A stretch of 41,206 nt of DNA, from IMG/VR virus record IMGVR_UViG_3300027784_000002, positions 1-41,206 of that record; one strand, written 5' to 3'. Shown in pieces: positions 14,513 through 23,842 of the stretch. This stretch comes from a virus. Numbering within the stretch: position 1 is the stretch's first letter; each line of letters opens with the position of its first letter. The notes under the pieces were generated by a model. That model had not been told where the DNA came from. It searched no databases and saw only the letters and a list, made by a program, of their open reading frames with translations. A program made the position numbers and the translations under genes.

Positions 14513-17500
14513 ATGGCAGAACGCAACGAACCACAAGATAATAGCGAACAAAAATGGATACCTGATGCATTTGATTATTCAAATGTTGAGGATATTCTAG
14601 ATGGAACCTATCACTTGGAACTCACAGAAGAAAGTGCTGGTGTTTATAATACTTCAGGATACAGAACATCATCTCCAATATCTTTAGACAGCATTAAAAA
14701 AGTAAAGTCTAGTAATATAAAATGGACAAGCACAGAGCCAACAGATACAGACATCAAAATCTACACTGCTGTAAGTGATAGTGATACGGTAGAGCCGAGT
14801 AAATTAGGAACACACAGAATAAAGATAACTTCTGACAATACAAAAGTAGCTGCGAGTTATCCTTACGCAATGATATTTGATTTAGGAGAGCATTTATCAG
14901 CTGCTGGATATAACGACTTCTGGACAACAGTAAAATCAGATGGTGGAGATATTAGGGTTACTGAATCAGACGGCACAGAACTTCCAAGAGGAGTAAGAGA
15001 AGTAGATACTACTAATAAAAAGGGATTAGTATATTTCAGAGCAGACGATATTTCTACAAGTGCAGATACAGAATACTATATTTACTTTGGTTCAGGACAA
15101 GACGATTATGCAGACGACCACGCATTAGGAATGGAGAATGTGTTTAGTTCTGACCAAGAGTTTTATTTTACAATGGCAGACCTAACCACCTCAACGGTTA
15201 AAGATGAAACAAGTAACAACAGAAATGGAACAAAAACGTCTGCTAACAATCCTTCTCAAACATTAGATGGTATTGTAGGAAAACACCAAGAGTGGGATTA
15301 CAGCCTGATTAGTTTTTCAGGCCCCTCATTAGTCCAAGCTGATTTTACAATGTCTACTTGGTTTAAGTGGACAAGTGATGTAGTGAAGTCGTCTGAAAAC
15401 CAACCTAGCTTCTTATCACATGGTTCGGGTTCTTATACGTCTGCCTTATACTTAGATTTATTGTCAGACCGCAGACGTATAATATCAAGAATTACAAATG
15501 GTGTAACGCTTTCTTATTATGCATCGCCGTATGATGATGATACTTGGCACCATTTTGTTATGAAAAGAGATGGTAACTCTATGGTTACTTATTTAGATGG
15601 TGTTGAAGTTGATTCAGAAACAGACGAGTCTTTAGGGACTTCTTCCGCTTCGGGTTCTTGGTATATGGGCGGTCTGTCTTGGGCTTCCACTCACAGGCAA
15701 TTAGAGGGGCAATTTCAAGACGAAACAGGTGCTTTGAGTACAGCTTTAACAGGCGATGAGATTTTAACCATCTACAACAACCAATCCTCTAACTCTACTT
15801 TCTGGACAGCAGGTAGTATAGAAACAACAACAGAAGGATACCAAGAAGAAGTAAATGACACATCAATAGACAGCATATCAACAGACCAAGACCTTACAGG
15901 AAAATACCTATGGGTAAGACAAGAACTAAGCACAACTGATACAGCGGAAACTCCACGATTAAGTACGCTGGAGTATAGTGTGGAGGACGCAGCGCCAACA
16001 GTAACAACAGATAAAGATAGATACGACCCTGGAGAAACAGTCAATCTGATTACAGAAATAACAAAAGACTATAACACTGATGACTTAACCGTTACCCTAA
16101 CCGACCCAGATGCAGTTGATAGAATATCAAGTGAAAGACCACAAGAGTACAGAGATGACTTTATAAGCGAAACAAGCACTGGCGATGATTGGGATTTAGG
16201 AACTGACTATAGTGTAAATGAGACAAACGAAAGATTGGAGTTTGGATACTCTCCGGCCTATCATCAAACCGCTCTCATAAAATCAACAGTAGTAAGCGAT
16301 AAAGCGGAACTATCAGCCGCCTTAGATTTTTATGTAGCAGAAGCTCCAGAGCATACCACAAGGATTATAATGCGTTATCAGGATAGCAATAACTATGTAG
16401 CATTTTACGCTTCTCACACTTATTCAGTTGTCGGAATTGAAGAAATACACGAGGGAACAAGACATTTTCACGAAACATCACGACCATTTTCAACTGGAGG
16501 ATGGAATGAGTTTAGAGGATCAATTGATGGCAATACCGCTAAATTGGTGTTTGATGGAAGTGAACTTTTAGAATATGAGCTTCAATATATAATGACAGCA
16601 GGAAGAGTGGGAATAATGACTGATGCAAGTGAAACCTATTACAGATTCTTTACAGTAGGATATCCCGGAAGCACAATCGAAGATATTGGAGATATGTGGA
16701 GGATAACAATGCCCTTTGACATTCCTGACGATAAGGATGAAGGAGGAGTATGGACAATGGAATCTGAAATTAGCGGAGTAGGAAGTGATACGCATACATT
16801 CAATGTAGTTGGAGATGCTCCTATTGTTACCAACCTTTCTACAACTCCCGAAGAAGGGGAGGCAGGAAAGGATATAGATATAGAATGTGAGGTTCTTCAC
16901 GATACTCCAACAGATATTGATGAGACAAAACTCACTCTTTGGGACCCGACAGGTGCCGAAGTTCTTCATCAAGTTGTAACTCACGAAACTGAAACCACGA
17001 ATAGCAGAACTTATAAGTATACTTATAGCATTCCCGAAGAATTAGACAGGGAAGGAACTTGGGAATATAAGTGGGAAAGTATCGATACTGGTGCAGACCA
17101 AGATGAAAAGAGTGGAACTTTTGAAGTAAGCGTACCTGCTCCGGATGTGTCTCCAATAGAGTTTGAAAGAGCTGGCTCACCAATAAAGATAGCTGACTTC
17201 GGAGATGTAGTTAAAATCAAATCAACCATAACCCATCCTGAAAATAAGGATATGACGGTTACTCTCAAGATTTGGGATCCAGAACAGAACGAGATAGTGA
17301 ATGAAACTCTTACAAGTGAAACTGATAATTACGAATATAACTATACTTTCTCAAAGAATGATTGGGATAGAGGGGATTATGAGGTACAGATTTCAGCCGA
17401 TGATTTAACTTATAATGTAATAAGGCTTAAACATATTTTCCTTAGATGGATGGATGCCGAGTTTGAATACAGGAGAGACTTTTACACAGTAGACCAATTT

Positions 17501-19963
17501 AATGAGCCCAGAGAAGAACTGGTAGGAGTTACTCTGAACATAGACGAAGAAAATATAGACGGAAACCGTCTCAGAATATACGACGAGGAAGGAGTCCAAG
17601 TAGACTATGAAGAAGCAGAGAGAACTACCGAAGGCGGAACAACTACAGTAAAGATAAGACTCTTAGCTCAAGTAGGAACTAAATATACTGCTTATTATAA
17701 CAACGAAGGAAGTGAATATACTCCAGTAACGGTTGAGAAAGAAGCGATGGCGGTTAAAGAAAAGTCAATGATTCCGATCACATCTGATGACTTCTTTACT
17801 GACCCTGATGAAAGTGAAACGGGAGTACACGGTTCTTCAACAGCAATAGGAACGCTCAATGGAGCAAGAAAGAGAGTAATTGCTGGTAAAGCTAAAGAAG
17901 AAGTAGAGGGAGGTTTTCACAAGTGGCATTCGACCATTGTAGTTATTGATGACAATGATGAGAAAGAATTCCTCGAAAGAACACCTTATGGAGACCAGAG
18001 TGGCTTTTACGGAGTTGAGATAGTAGATATAAATGGAGATGGAAATAATGAGATAGTAGCAGTCGGATATACATTTGAAACTGGAAATGATTATGCTTCA
18101 GGATTTATAGCAATCTATTCTTACGACGGAACTCTTACAGAGCTTAATACTCTTACATGGAACCCCGGAACAGTTAGATCCGAGTTTTTTGCAATGAATA
18201 CTGCGAATATAACAGAGCACAGCGGTCTTGATTTAATAGTTGGTGGAATGAATGGAGAGGGAAGTGATGCTGCCAGCTCAGAGGTGAGGATTTACAATGT
18301 AGATTCAAACAACAACATAAACTTCATAGACAGCGCTGATACTGGATTAGTGGAAGAAATTAACAATAATGACAGAGATAGAATCTTCTCTCTTGGAGTT
18401 GGAGATTTTGGAACAGGAGACAAAATTGTATCCACAGGTACTACTAAATCGGGGCTATACAACGAGCATGACCACTGGATTCTATATGCAACTATCATTG
18501 TTTATGACTACGACTCAGGAACAAGCACACTAAGTAGAGAATTCCAGCACTATTATTACGAAAGTGAAGACCTTACGGAGATATTCGGAATGGATATTGC
18601 TGACGTTACAGGAGACGGAAACGATAACATAATCACAGGTGGTAATTATTACGAGTATGACAACTTATCGGATATTGCAGAGGTAAGACTCTGGGAGTAC
18701 GACACAGGAACTCCAGCAATGACTCTCTTAGATAGAGTTGAATATCCGGCACAGGGGCACTCAACCGTTCTCTCAATACTTTATAGAGACTCCAATAACG
18801 ACTTTGGACATGAAATAGTTGGAGCAGGATTTTTCCACGACGGTGAATATGATAAAGGATTTAATGTAATTCTTGTTTATGATGGAACTAATCTTAATAC
18901 TATTTTCCAAGATACATGGGATCATGACGGAAGACCTATAAGAGATGGTGAAACGGATGCAATGGAGATATACCCAACACAGCTTGGATTGAATGAGATA
19001 TTTACTACAGGTAGAATCGGAATGACAAGCCCTATATGCTCATATTATCGAATACTTCAGGTTGGAGGAGTAAATCTGGATGTAGATAACGAAGAAACCG
19101 ACTTCAAGCCATTAGAGGATATAACCTATAGACTGCAGACAGGGGAGACTCTGGACAGAGTTGATATTACCGTCTCAAATACTGCAGGAACTGAATATAG
19201 TTATTACACATTCTCACGATATGATACTTATCCAGAAAACATCTATCTTCAATGGGTAGAGGAAGTAACCGAGGCCGGTGTTACCGTTAACTACGAAGTT
19301 GATGTGGGCAAGGAAGGATTAGTAAAGATTCTTTACGAGATAATTGATGGACAACGCCAATTTAAGGAAAAGCTGACTGCTGATGTTAATGGAAAGGTTC
19401 AATTCTCAACCACTGATCATAGTGAGAACGAATTAGAGCTTACTGACCCGGTAACAACCAAAGAAGCCACTAATAGAGAAATTGACAAAGCAACTCTAAA
19501 CGGAGAGACTGAAGAAGAGGGAGATGCCTACTTCCACTATAAAAAACCGGGTGATCTAGATTGGACAGAAACCCCTAAATCAACTGAAACAGGAGTGTTC
19601 TCTAAAGAGATTACGGGACTTGAAATGGGACAAGATTACGATTTTAAGGCAATGCTTGATGTGGGAACAGACACCTACGAAGGAGATGTGAAAACATTCA
19701 ACACGAAATATGGTAAAATTGCCGGGAAAGTTATAGATAGTGATGGGAATGTTCAAGACGCTATAGTTGAGATAACCAATCAGAATAAGGAGACTTATGT
19801 TGCAAGCATCATCACAGATGCAAATGGAGAGTTTGAGTATTCTTTCGATGACGAGAATCTCGCAAACGATAAATATCACGTGAAGGTAAGATACACTGAT
19901 ACTGAGGGATATAAATGGAACGCGCCCAGTTTGTGGGATATTGATCCGACTAATTTAGAATAA
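14513..19963 (+). CDS. Giant multidomain tail fibre/adhesin (1816 aa): DUF2341-like x2, LamG/concanavalin-like x2, Ig-like repeats, FG-GAP/VCBS beta-propeller, FN3-like, carboxypeptidase-regulatory-like
   Basis: - DUF2341-like: GGDIRVTESDGTELP...YYIYFGS.
- LamG: FTMSTWFKW...WHHFVMKRDGNSMVTYLDGVEVDS.
- FG-GAP: VDINGDGNNEIV, GVGDFGTGDKIV and DIADVTGDGNDNII.
- CarboxypepD_reg-like: GKIAGKVIDSDGNVQDAIVEITN...TDANGEFEYSF. Confidence 0.8.
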   Translation: MAERNEPQDNSEQKWIPDAFDYSNVEDILDGTYHLELTEESAGVYNTSGYRTSSPISLDSIKKVKSSNIKWTSTEPTDTDIKIYTAVSDSDTVEPSKLGTHRIKITSDNTKVAASYPYAMIFDLGEHLSAAGYNDFWTTVKSDGGDIRVTESDGTELPRGVREVDTTNKKGLVYFRADDISTSADTEYYIYFGSGQDDYADDHALGMENVFSSDQEFYFTMADLTTSTVKDETSNNRNGTKTSANNPSQTLDGIVGKHQEWDYSLISFSGPSLVQADFTMSTWFKWTSDVVKSSENQPSFLSHGSGSYTSALYLDLLSDRRRIISRITNGVTLSYYASPYDDDTWHHFVMKRDGNSMVTYLDGVEVDSETDESLGTSSASGSWYMGGLSWASTHRQLEGQFQDETGALSTALTGDEILTIYNNQSSNSTFWTAGSIETTTEGYQEEVNDTSIDSISTDQDLTGKYLWVRQELSTTDTAETPRLSTLEYSVEDAAPTVTTDKDRYDPGETVNLITEITKDYNTDDLTVTLTDPDAVDRISSERPQEYRDDFISETSTGDDWDLGTDYSVNETNERLEFGYSPAYHQTALIKSTVVSDKAELSAALDFYVAEAPEHTTRIIMRYQDSNNYVAFYASHTYSVVGIEEIHEGTRHFHETSRPFSTGGWNEFRGSIDGNTAKLVFDGSELLEYELQYIMTAGRVGIMTDASETYYRFFTVGYPGSTIEDIGDMWRITMPFDIPDDKDEGGVWTMESEISGVGSDTHTFNVVGDAPIVTNLSTTPEEGEAGKDIDIECEVLHDTPTDIDETKLTLWDPTGAEVLHQVVTHETETTNSRTYKYTYSIPEELDREGTWEYKWESIDTGADQDEKSGTFEVSVPAPDVSPIEFERAGSPIKIADFGDVVKIKSTITHPENKDMTVTLKIWDPEQNEIVNETLTSETDNYEYNYTFSKNDWDRGDYEVQISADDLTYNVIRLKHIFLRWMDAEFEYRRDFYTVDQFNEPREELVGVTLNIDEENIDGNRLRIYDEEGVQVDYEEAERTTEGGTTTVKIRLLAQVGTKYTAYYNNEGSEYTPVTVEKEAMAVKEKSMIPITSDDFFTDPDESETGVHGSSTAIGTLNGARKRVIAGKAKEEVEGGFHKWHSTIVVIDDNDEKEFLERTPYGDQSGFYGVEIVDINGDGNNEIVAVGYTFETGNDYASGFIAIYSYDGTLTELNTLTWNPGTVRSEFFAMNTANITEHSGLDLIVGGMNGEGSDAASSEVRIYNVDSNNNINFIDSADTGLVEEINNNDRDRIFSLGVGDFGTGDKIVSTGTTKSGLYNEHDHWILYATIIVYDYDSGTSTLSREFQHYYYESEDLTEIFGMDIADVTGDGNDNIITGGNYYEYDNLSDIAEVRLWEYDTGTPAMTLLDRVEYPAQGHSTVLSILYRDSNNDFGHEIVGAGFFHDGEYDKGFNVILVYDGTNLNTIFQDTWDHDGRPIRDGETDAMEIYPTQLGLNEIFTTGRIGMTSPICSYYRILQVGGVNLDVDNEETDFKPLEDITYRLQTGETLDRVDITVSNTAGTEYSYYTFSRYDTYPENIYLQWVEEVTEAGVTVNYEVDVGKEGLVKILYEIIDGQRQFKEKLTADVNGKVQFSTTDHSENELELTDPVTTKEATNREIDKATLNGETEEEGDAYFHYKKPGDLDWTETPKSTETGVFSKEITGLEMGQDYDFKAMLDVGTDTYEGDVKTFNTKYGKIAGKVIDSDGNVQDAIVEITNQNKETYVASIITDANGEFEYSFDDENLANDKYHVKVRYTDTEGYKWNAPSLWDIDPTNLE

Positions 19964-19964
19964 T

Positions 19965-20759
19965 ATGGAGTATATTATCCCAAAAGCAAACAATCTAACA
20001 TTTGAGCTAGAGGAATACATGGTTCCTACTGGTGACAGTTTGCTTTTTGATCTTACTCCGGAAATTCTCATAGAGGCAGTAGAAAGTCTCAATTTTACAG
20101 AAAAAGTATCCGTAACTAGACACAGGAAAATAGCAGTATCTGAAAACCTTTCGCTCTCAGAAAAGCTGAATATAATTATACATCACGCTGTCGTTGGTAT
20201 AGATAGTATATCTTTTAGTGACGAAGTTTCTGCTACAAGGCAAAGAATAGCTCAAGTTAAGGATAGCTTGGATTTATCAGAAAAAGTTAAGGCACTAAGA
20301 CAACGTATATCAAAGGTTTCTGATTCTATTGGACTAACTGATTTAGTTTCCACTACAAAGTATATTATTGCAAAGGTTTCCGACTCAATAGGATTTAGTG
20401 ATACTATTCAAGCTCTAAGACAAAGAAAGGCTTCTGTCTCTGACTCATTTTCTTTATCAGATTTTACAAAGAGTATAAGGTCTAGAGTGGCAAAGGCAAA
20501 AGAATTACTATCACTTAAAGAAGGTGTAGCTTTTGCATCAATTGTTATATTTGCAATAGTTAAAGATACAATACAATTCAGTGAAAGAGTTTCAACTTTA
20601 AGACAACGCATAGCGAAAATTAAAGAGAGACTTAACTTAAAAGAGAGTGCGTTTGCTCGCTTTCTTGGATGGAGACAAGATAAACAAGACGATGCTGAAT
20701 GGAGACAAGATAAACAAGATGATGCTGAGTGGAATAAAACTAATCAAAAAGATTTATGA
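19965..20759 (+). CDS. Repeat-containing tail protein (264 aa; about 10 tandem 20-aa units)
   Basis: Units such as AQVKDSLDLSEKVKALRQRI, SKVSDSIGLTDLVSTTKYII and AKVSDSIGFSDTIQALRQRK. Starts 1 nt after the stop of the giant fibre gene. Confidence 0.7.
   Translation: MEYIIPKANNLTFELEEYMVPTGDSLLFDLTPEILIEAVESLNFTEKVSVTRHRKIAVSENLSLSEKLNIIIHHAVVGIDSISFSDEVSATRQRIAQVKDSLDLSEKVKALRQRISKVSDSIGLTDLVSTTKYIIAKVSDSIGFSDTIQALRQRKASVSDSFSLSDFTKSIRSRVAKAKELLSLKEGVAFASIVIFAIVKDTIQFSERVSTLRQRIAKIKERLNLKESAFARFLGWRQDKQDDAEWRQDKQDDAEWNKTNQKDL
20670..20729 (+). repeat. Tandem 30-nt duplication (2 mismatches) encoding WRQDKQDDAE twice
   Basis: tggagacaagataaacaagacgatgctgaa is followed directly by tggagacaagataaacaagatgatgctgag. 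Confidence 0.9.
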
Positions 20760-22156
20760 CAGATCCAATTATATTAAAAAACTTTAATTTAGGAGGAGTA
20801 GCAGACTCTAAGTGGCTTGGAGCTGAGGGTTCTATGGCCCGGATGGTTAATTGTGATATACACTCTACTCCCGGAATTGTTAAACCCAACCAAGCGCTTA
20901 AACAAGAATTTACTCCTGATGATTTCATAAAAACAATTGTAGTTTCTTCAGATGAGAATGTTTATGCTTTTGGCTCGAATAATGGAAAGGTGTGGAAAAG
21001 AGATTCTAGTGGAACTTGGACTCATGTGGGAACAGTAGGTGATGGAGTAATGAACTCTATAGAGTACAATGGATATATTTATTATGCTACTCAGAATAAC
21101 TTAGGAAGGATAGAAGTAAGCAATGCTTCCAGTTGGACATCTCCGAATGATAATTGGCAAACATTTACAGAGCAGGATCCGAAGTTTCATCCGATGAAGG
21201 TTCTCAATTTAATTCTATGGATAGGTGATGGGAGAAGGATTGCCTCAGTAGATGAAAACCATACTTGGTCCGATTCAGCTTTATATAAAGGACTACAAGA
21301 TCCTTATAGGATTAAATCTTTGGGTAAAATAGGAACTGCCCTTCTAATTGGAACCTATGTCGATGATTACATCCATGATACGAAGATTTTTCAATGGAAC
21401 ACTTTTAGTAAGACATTCTCAAGTTATGACGACATTCCCGAGGTAGGAATAAATGCTTTTTTACAAACAGACAACGTGATACTTGCAAGTGCCGGGGTGG
21501 CTGGGAATATATATTTCTATAATGGGCAAGACCTTGAGGATTATAAAAAAATTCCCGGAGAGTATTCTATTGACAAAAAGTCAACTATATTTCCTAATGC
21601 TGTAGCTAATAGGCAGGGACTTCCTTTATTTGCTATTTCCGATCAAGAGGGGAGGGGAGCAGAGGTTGGAGTATATAGTCTAGGTTCTCATAATAGAAAC
21701 TATGATCACGTTTTGAATTTAGAACACAAACTATCCTTTGGAGATACTGAAGAGAAGGTAGAGATAGGTGCCATGGAACTAATAGGGGGAACTCTGATTG
21801 TCTCTTGGAAGAAGGGGAACCAATATGGGATAGATGTAACAGATTGGGAAAACAAGGCAACAGGAGTTTTAGAGACAAGGGTGATAAATCCGGGAAGAAT
21901 GGAGCTTATAAACATTCAAAGAATAATTGCCGCTTATGTGGAGTTGCCGGAAAATACTGAAATAAAACTCTATAGAAATGTTAATTATGAAGGGTTTCAG
22001 GAGTATGATACTATAGTTGATACCATAAGAAAGATAATTGATGCTAGTCTTTCTGAACCAATAGGAGTTTTTCAAATAAAGGTTGAGCTTATTCCAGATG
22101 GGGATAATGCTCCGACTTTAGAAGAGTTGATAATTGAACCCGTACAACATGGCTAA
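20756..22156 (+). CDS. Tail/baseplate-like structural protein (466 aa), beta-rich, possibly propeller-like
   Basis: ORF track. ATGA overlap with the upstream gene. Repeated strand-like segments (VYAFGSNNGKVWKRD, IYYATQNNLGRIEV, IYFYNGQDLE). Confidence 0.6.
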   Translation: MTDPIILKNFNLGGVADSKWLGAEGSMARMVNCDIHSTPGIVKPNQALKQEFTPDDFIKTIVVSSDENVYAFGSNNGKVWKRDSSGTWTHVGTVGDGVMNSIEYNGYIYYATQNNLGRIEVSNASSWTSPNDNWQTFTEQDPKFHPMKVLNLILWIGDGRRIASVDENHTWSDSALYKGLQDPYRIKSLGKIGTALLIGTYVDDYIHDTKIFQWNTFSKTFSSYDDIPEVGINAFLQTDNVILASAGVAGNIYFYNGQDLEDYKKIPGEYSIDKKSTIFPNAVANRQGLPLFAISDQEGRGAEVGVYSLGSHNRNYDHVLNLEHKLSFGDTEEKVEIGAMELIGGTLIVSWKKGNQYGIDVTDWENKATGVLETRVINPGRMELINIQRIIAAYVELPENTEIKLYRNVNYEGFQEYDTIVDTIRKIIDASLSEPIGVFQIKVELIPDGDNAPTLEELIIEPVQHG

Positions 22157-23573
22157 TCCATTTATAAATATATCAATAAAACCACTTAAAGGAAGAGATA
22201 TTGATACTTTCGGGCAACTTCAGTTTGAAAACTTAGAGAGGATTAGTGCCGGAAGGGGAGATAATTCCTTAAACTTTGATTCTGATGGATTGTGGATCGG
22301 TAATCAGTATTTTGATCAAGCTCCTTTCTCTGTAGATTTAGATGGAAACTTAATAGCTTCAAATGCTCTTATAACTGGGCAAATTATAGCAGGAACAGGC
22401 TCTGAGGTAGATTGGAGTTATATTCAGAATATAGTGGTTGAAAATGCTCATATAGAGAGCTTGGACGCAGAAAAGATTACAAGTCAGATAGTAGATGCTC
22501 AGATAGCCAATATAGATTTCGCTAAAATAGACAATGTAAAAATTGGAGACGCACATATTGACGGAAAACTATCGGTAGGTGCTACAGATGCAGACGTTAC
22601 TGCTGATAACCCTCAAAATGTAGCTTGGCTTACAGATTCAGGAGCTATGGCAAAAGAAGATGAAGTAAAAAGAGCGAAACTTGGCGAAACAATAGTCGAG
22701 GGTGGTTATTTAAGGAATGATATGCTGGATACTAAAGTGGCCTATATTTCAGATAAAGCGATGATAGGTAATGCAATAATAGATGAAGCACATATAGATT
22801 CGTTGAGTGCTGATGATATTTTCACTGGAACCCTTAAAGGAATAGATGTAATTTCAACAGATGGAGGAGACGATAGAATTGAACTTAGTTCTGGGGATGA
22901 GTTGAAATTTTATGCTGGTGGCTCGCTCAGGGGAACACTAAGAGGAACTACAGTTGGAACCGGTGTTGCTTTAGATGATGGAGATCTGTCCTTAGACAAT
23001 AATAAAAGTGTTTTAATAAATTCAAGTGGAACCACAAATAGCTATGGAAGCATTTCTATTACATCTCAAGATGAGTTTTGGGTTACGACCGGAACTGATA
23101 ACACGTTTTTTATAAAAAACCATGATCAATCTCAAAATTTGGCTACGGTAAACTCGTATGGTGATTTATTCGCAAGAGGTGATTTTCTAATACAAGATTA
23201 TAATAGTATGAAAATAGATGGACAATCTACTCATCTTAAATTTCTTAATGATGGTCTGAGAACCGCCCAAAACTATGTCCCTTTTAGTGATAACAGCACA
23301 AGGTTGGGAGCCTCAAACGTAAGATGGTCTGATGTTTATGCTGTAGAGGTACACACAGGAGATATAGATTTTGACAATGATTGGGTTTTAACTGAGTCTT
23401 ACAATATGGATATAGAAGAAGATGGGATGGCCTTAGTAGATGAAAGTGGAGAGCTTAAATACTTTTTTGGAAAGGATAAGTTTTATACACCTGAAAATGT
23501 TAATGCTTTAGAATATACCAGGTTGGCAAAAGAAAAAAAGATAAAAAAACAAAAAGATGAAGAACTTACTTAA
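22134..23573 (+). CDS. Tail fibre protein (479 aa; start may be the ATG at 22149)
   Basis: Repetitive AHIESLDAEKITSQIVDAQIANIDFAKIDNVKIGDAHIDG segments. The C-terminal RLGASNVRWSDVYAVEVHTGDIDF motif is common in phage tail fibres. Confidence 0.65.
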   Translation: MNPYNMANPFINISIKPLKGRDIDTFGQLQFENLERISAGRGDNSLNFDSDGLWIGNQYFDQAPFSVDLDGNLIASNALITGQIIAGTGSEVDWSYIQNIVVENAHIESLDAEKITSQIVDAQIANIDFAKIDNVKIGDAHIDGKLSVGATDADVTADNPQNVAWLTDSGAMAKEDEVKRAKLGETIVEGGYLRNDMLDTKVAYISDKAMIGNAIIDEAHIDSLSADDIFTGTLKGIDVISTDGGDDRIELSSGDELKFYAGGSLRGTLRGTTVGTGVALDDGDLSLDNNKSVLINSSGTTNSYGSISITSQDEFWVTTGTDNTFFIKNHDQSQNLATVNSYGDLFARGDFLIQDYNSMKIDGQSTHLKFLNDGLRTAQNYVPFSDNSTRLGASNVRWSDVYAVEVHTGDIDFDNDWVLTESYNMDIEEDGMALVDESGELKYFFGKDKFYTPENVNALEYTRLAKEKKIKKQKDEELT

Positions 23574-23611
23574 AATATCTTTTATCTTTAGCATAATTGA
23601 GGAAAAAAGGG

Positions 23612-23640
23612 TTGATAAAATTATAAATAAGTAATACAAT
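23612..23640 (+). promoter_or_regulatory. Sigma70-type promoter placed for a leaderless transcript
   Basis: TTGATA (23612..23617), 17 nt, TACAAT (23635..23640), then 6 nt (aaaacc), then ATG at 23647. Confidence 0.5.
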
Positions 23641-23646
23641 AAAACC

Positions 23647-23841
23647 ATGGACTTAAAAGATCAAATACAAAAAGATATAAAAGATAAAGAGAGGGAGAAA
23701 GAAAAGTTGGTAGAAAGTTTTCAGCAAGTAAGCAGACAGATTCAAGAATTAAACCAGCAATCTCAAGAACTTGGAAAACAAATAGTCGAAGCCAACGCGG
23801 TGATAAAAAGTCTTAAAGGTCTATTAAACAAAGATAAATGA
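23647..23841 (+). CDS. Small coiled-coil protein (64 aa)
   Basis: ORF track. Heptad-like K/E/Q-rich sequence. Confidence 0.55.
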   Translation: MDLKDQIQKDIKDKEREKEKLVESFQQVSRQIQELNQQSQELGKQIVEANAVIKSLKGLLNKDK

Positions 23842-23842
23842 T

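Noticed and set aside
16568-16984. Antisense ORFs inside long genes, for example 16568..16984, 11733..12176, 29392..29811, 34854..35363, 12909..13193 and 15772..16044.
   Set aside because: They lie fully within strongly supported genes on the opposite strand. They have low-complexity or Cys/Ser/Leu-rich compositions and no start context. They are typical shadow ORFs.
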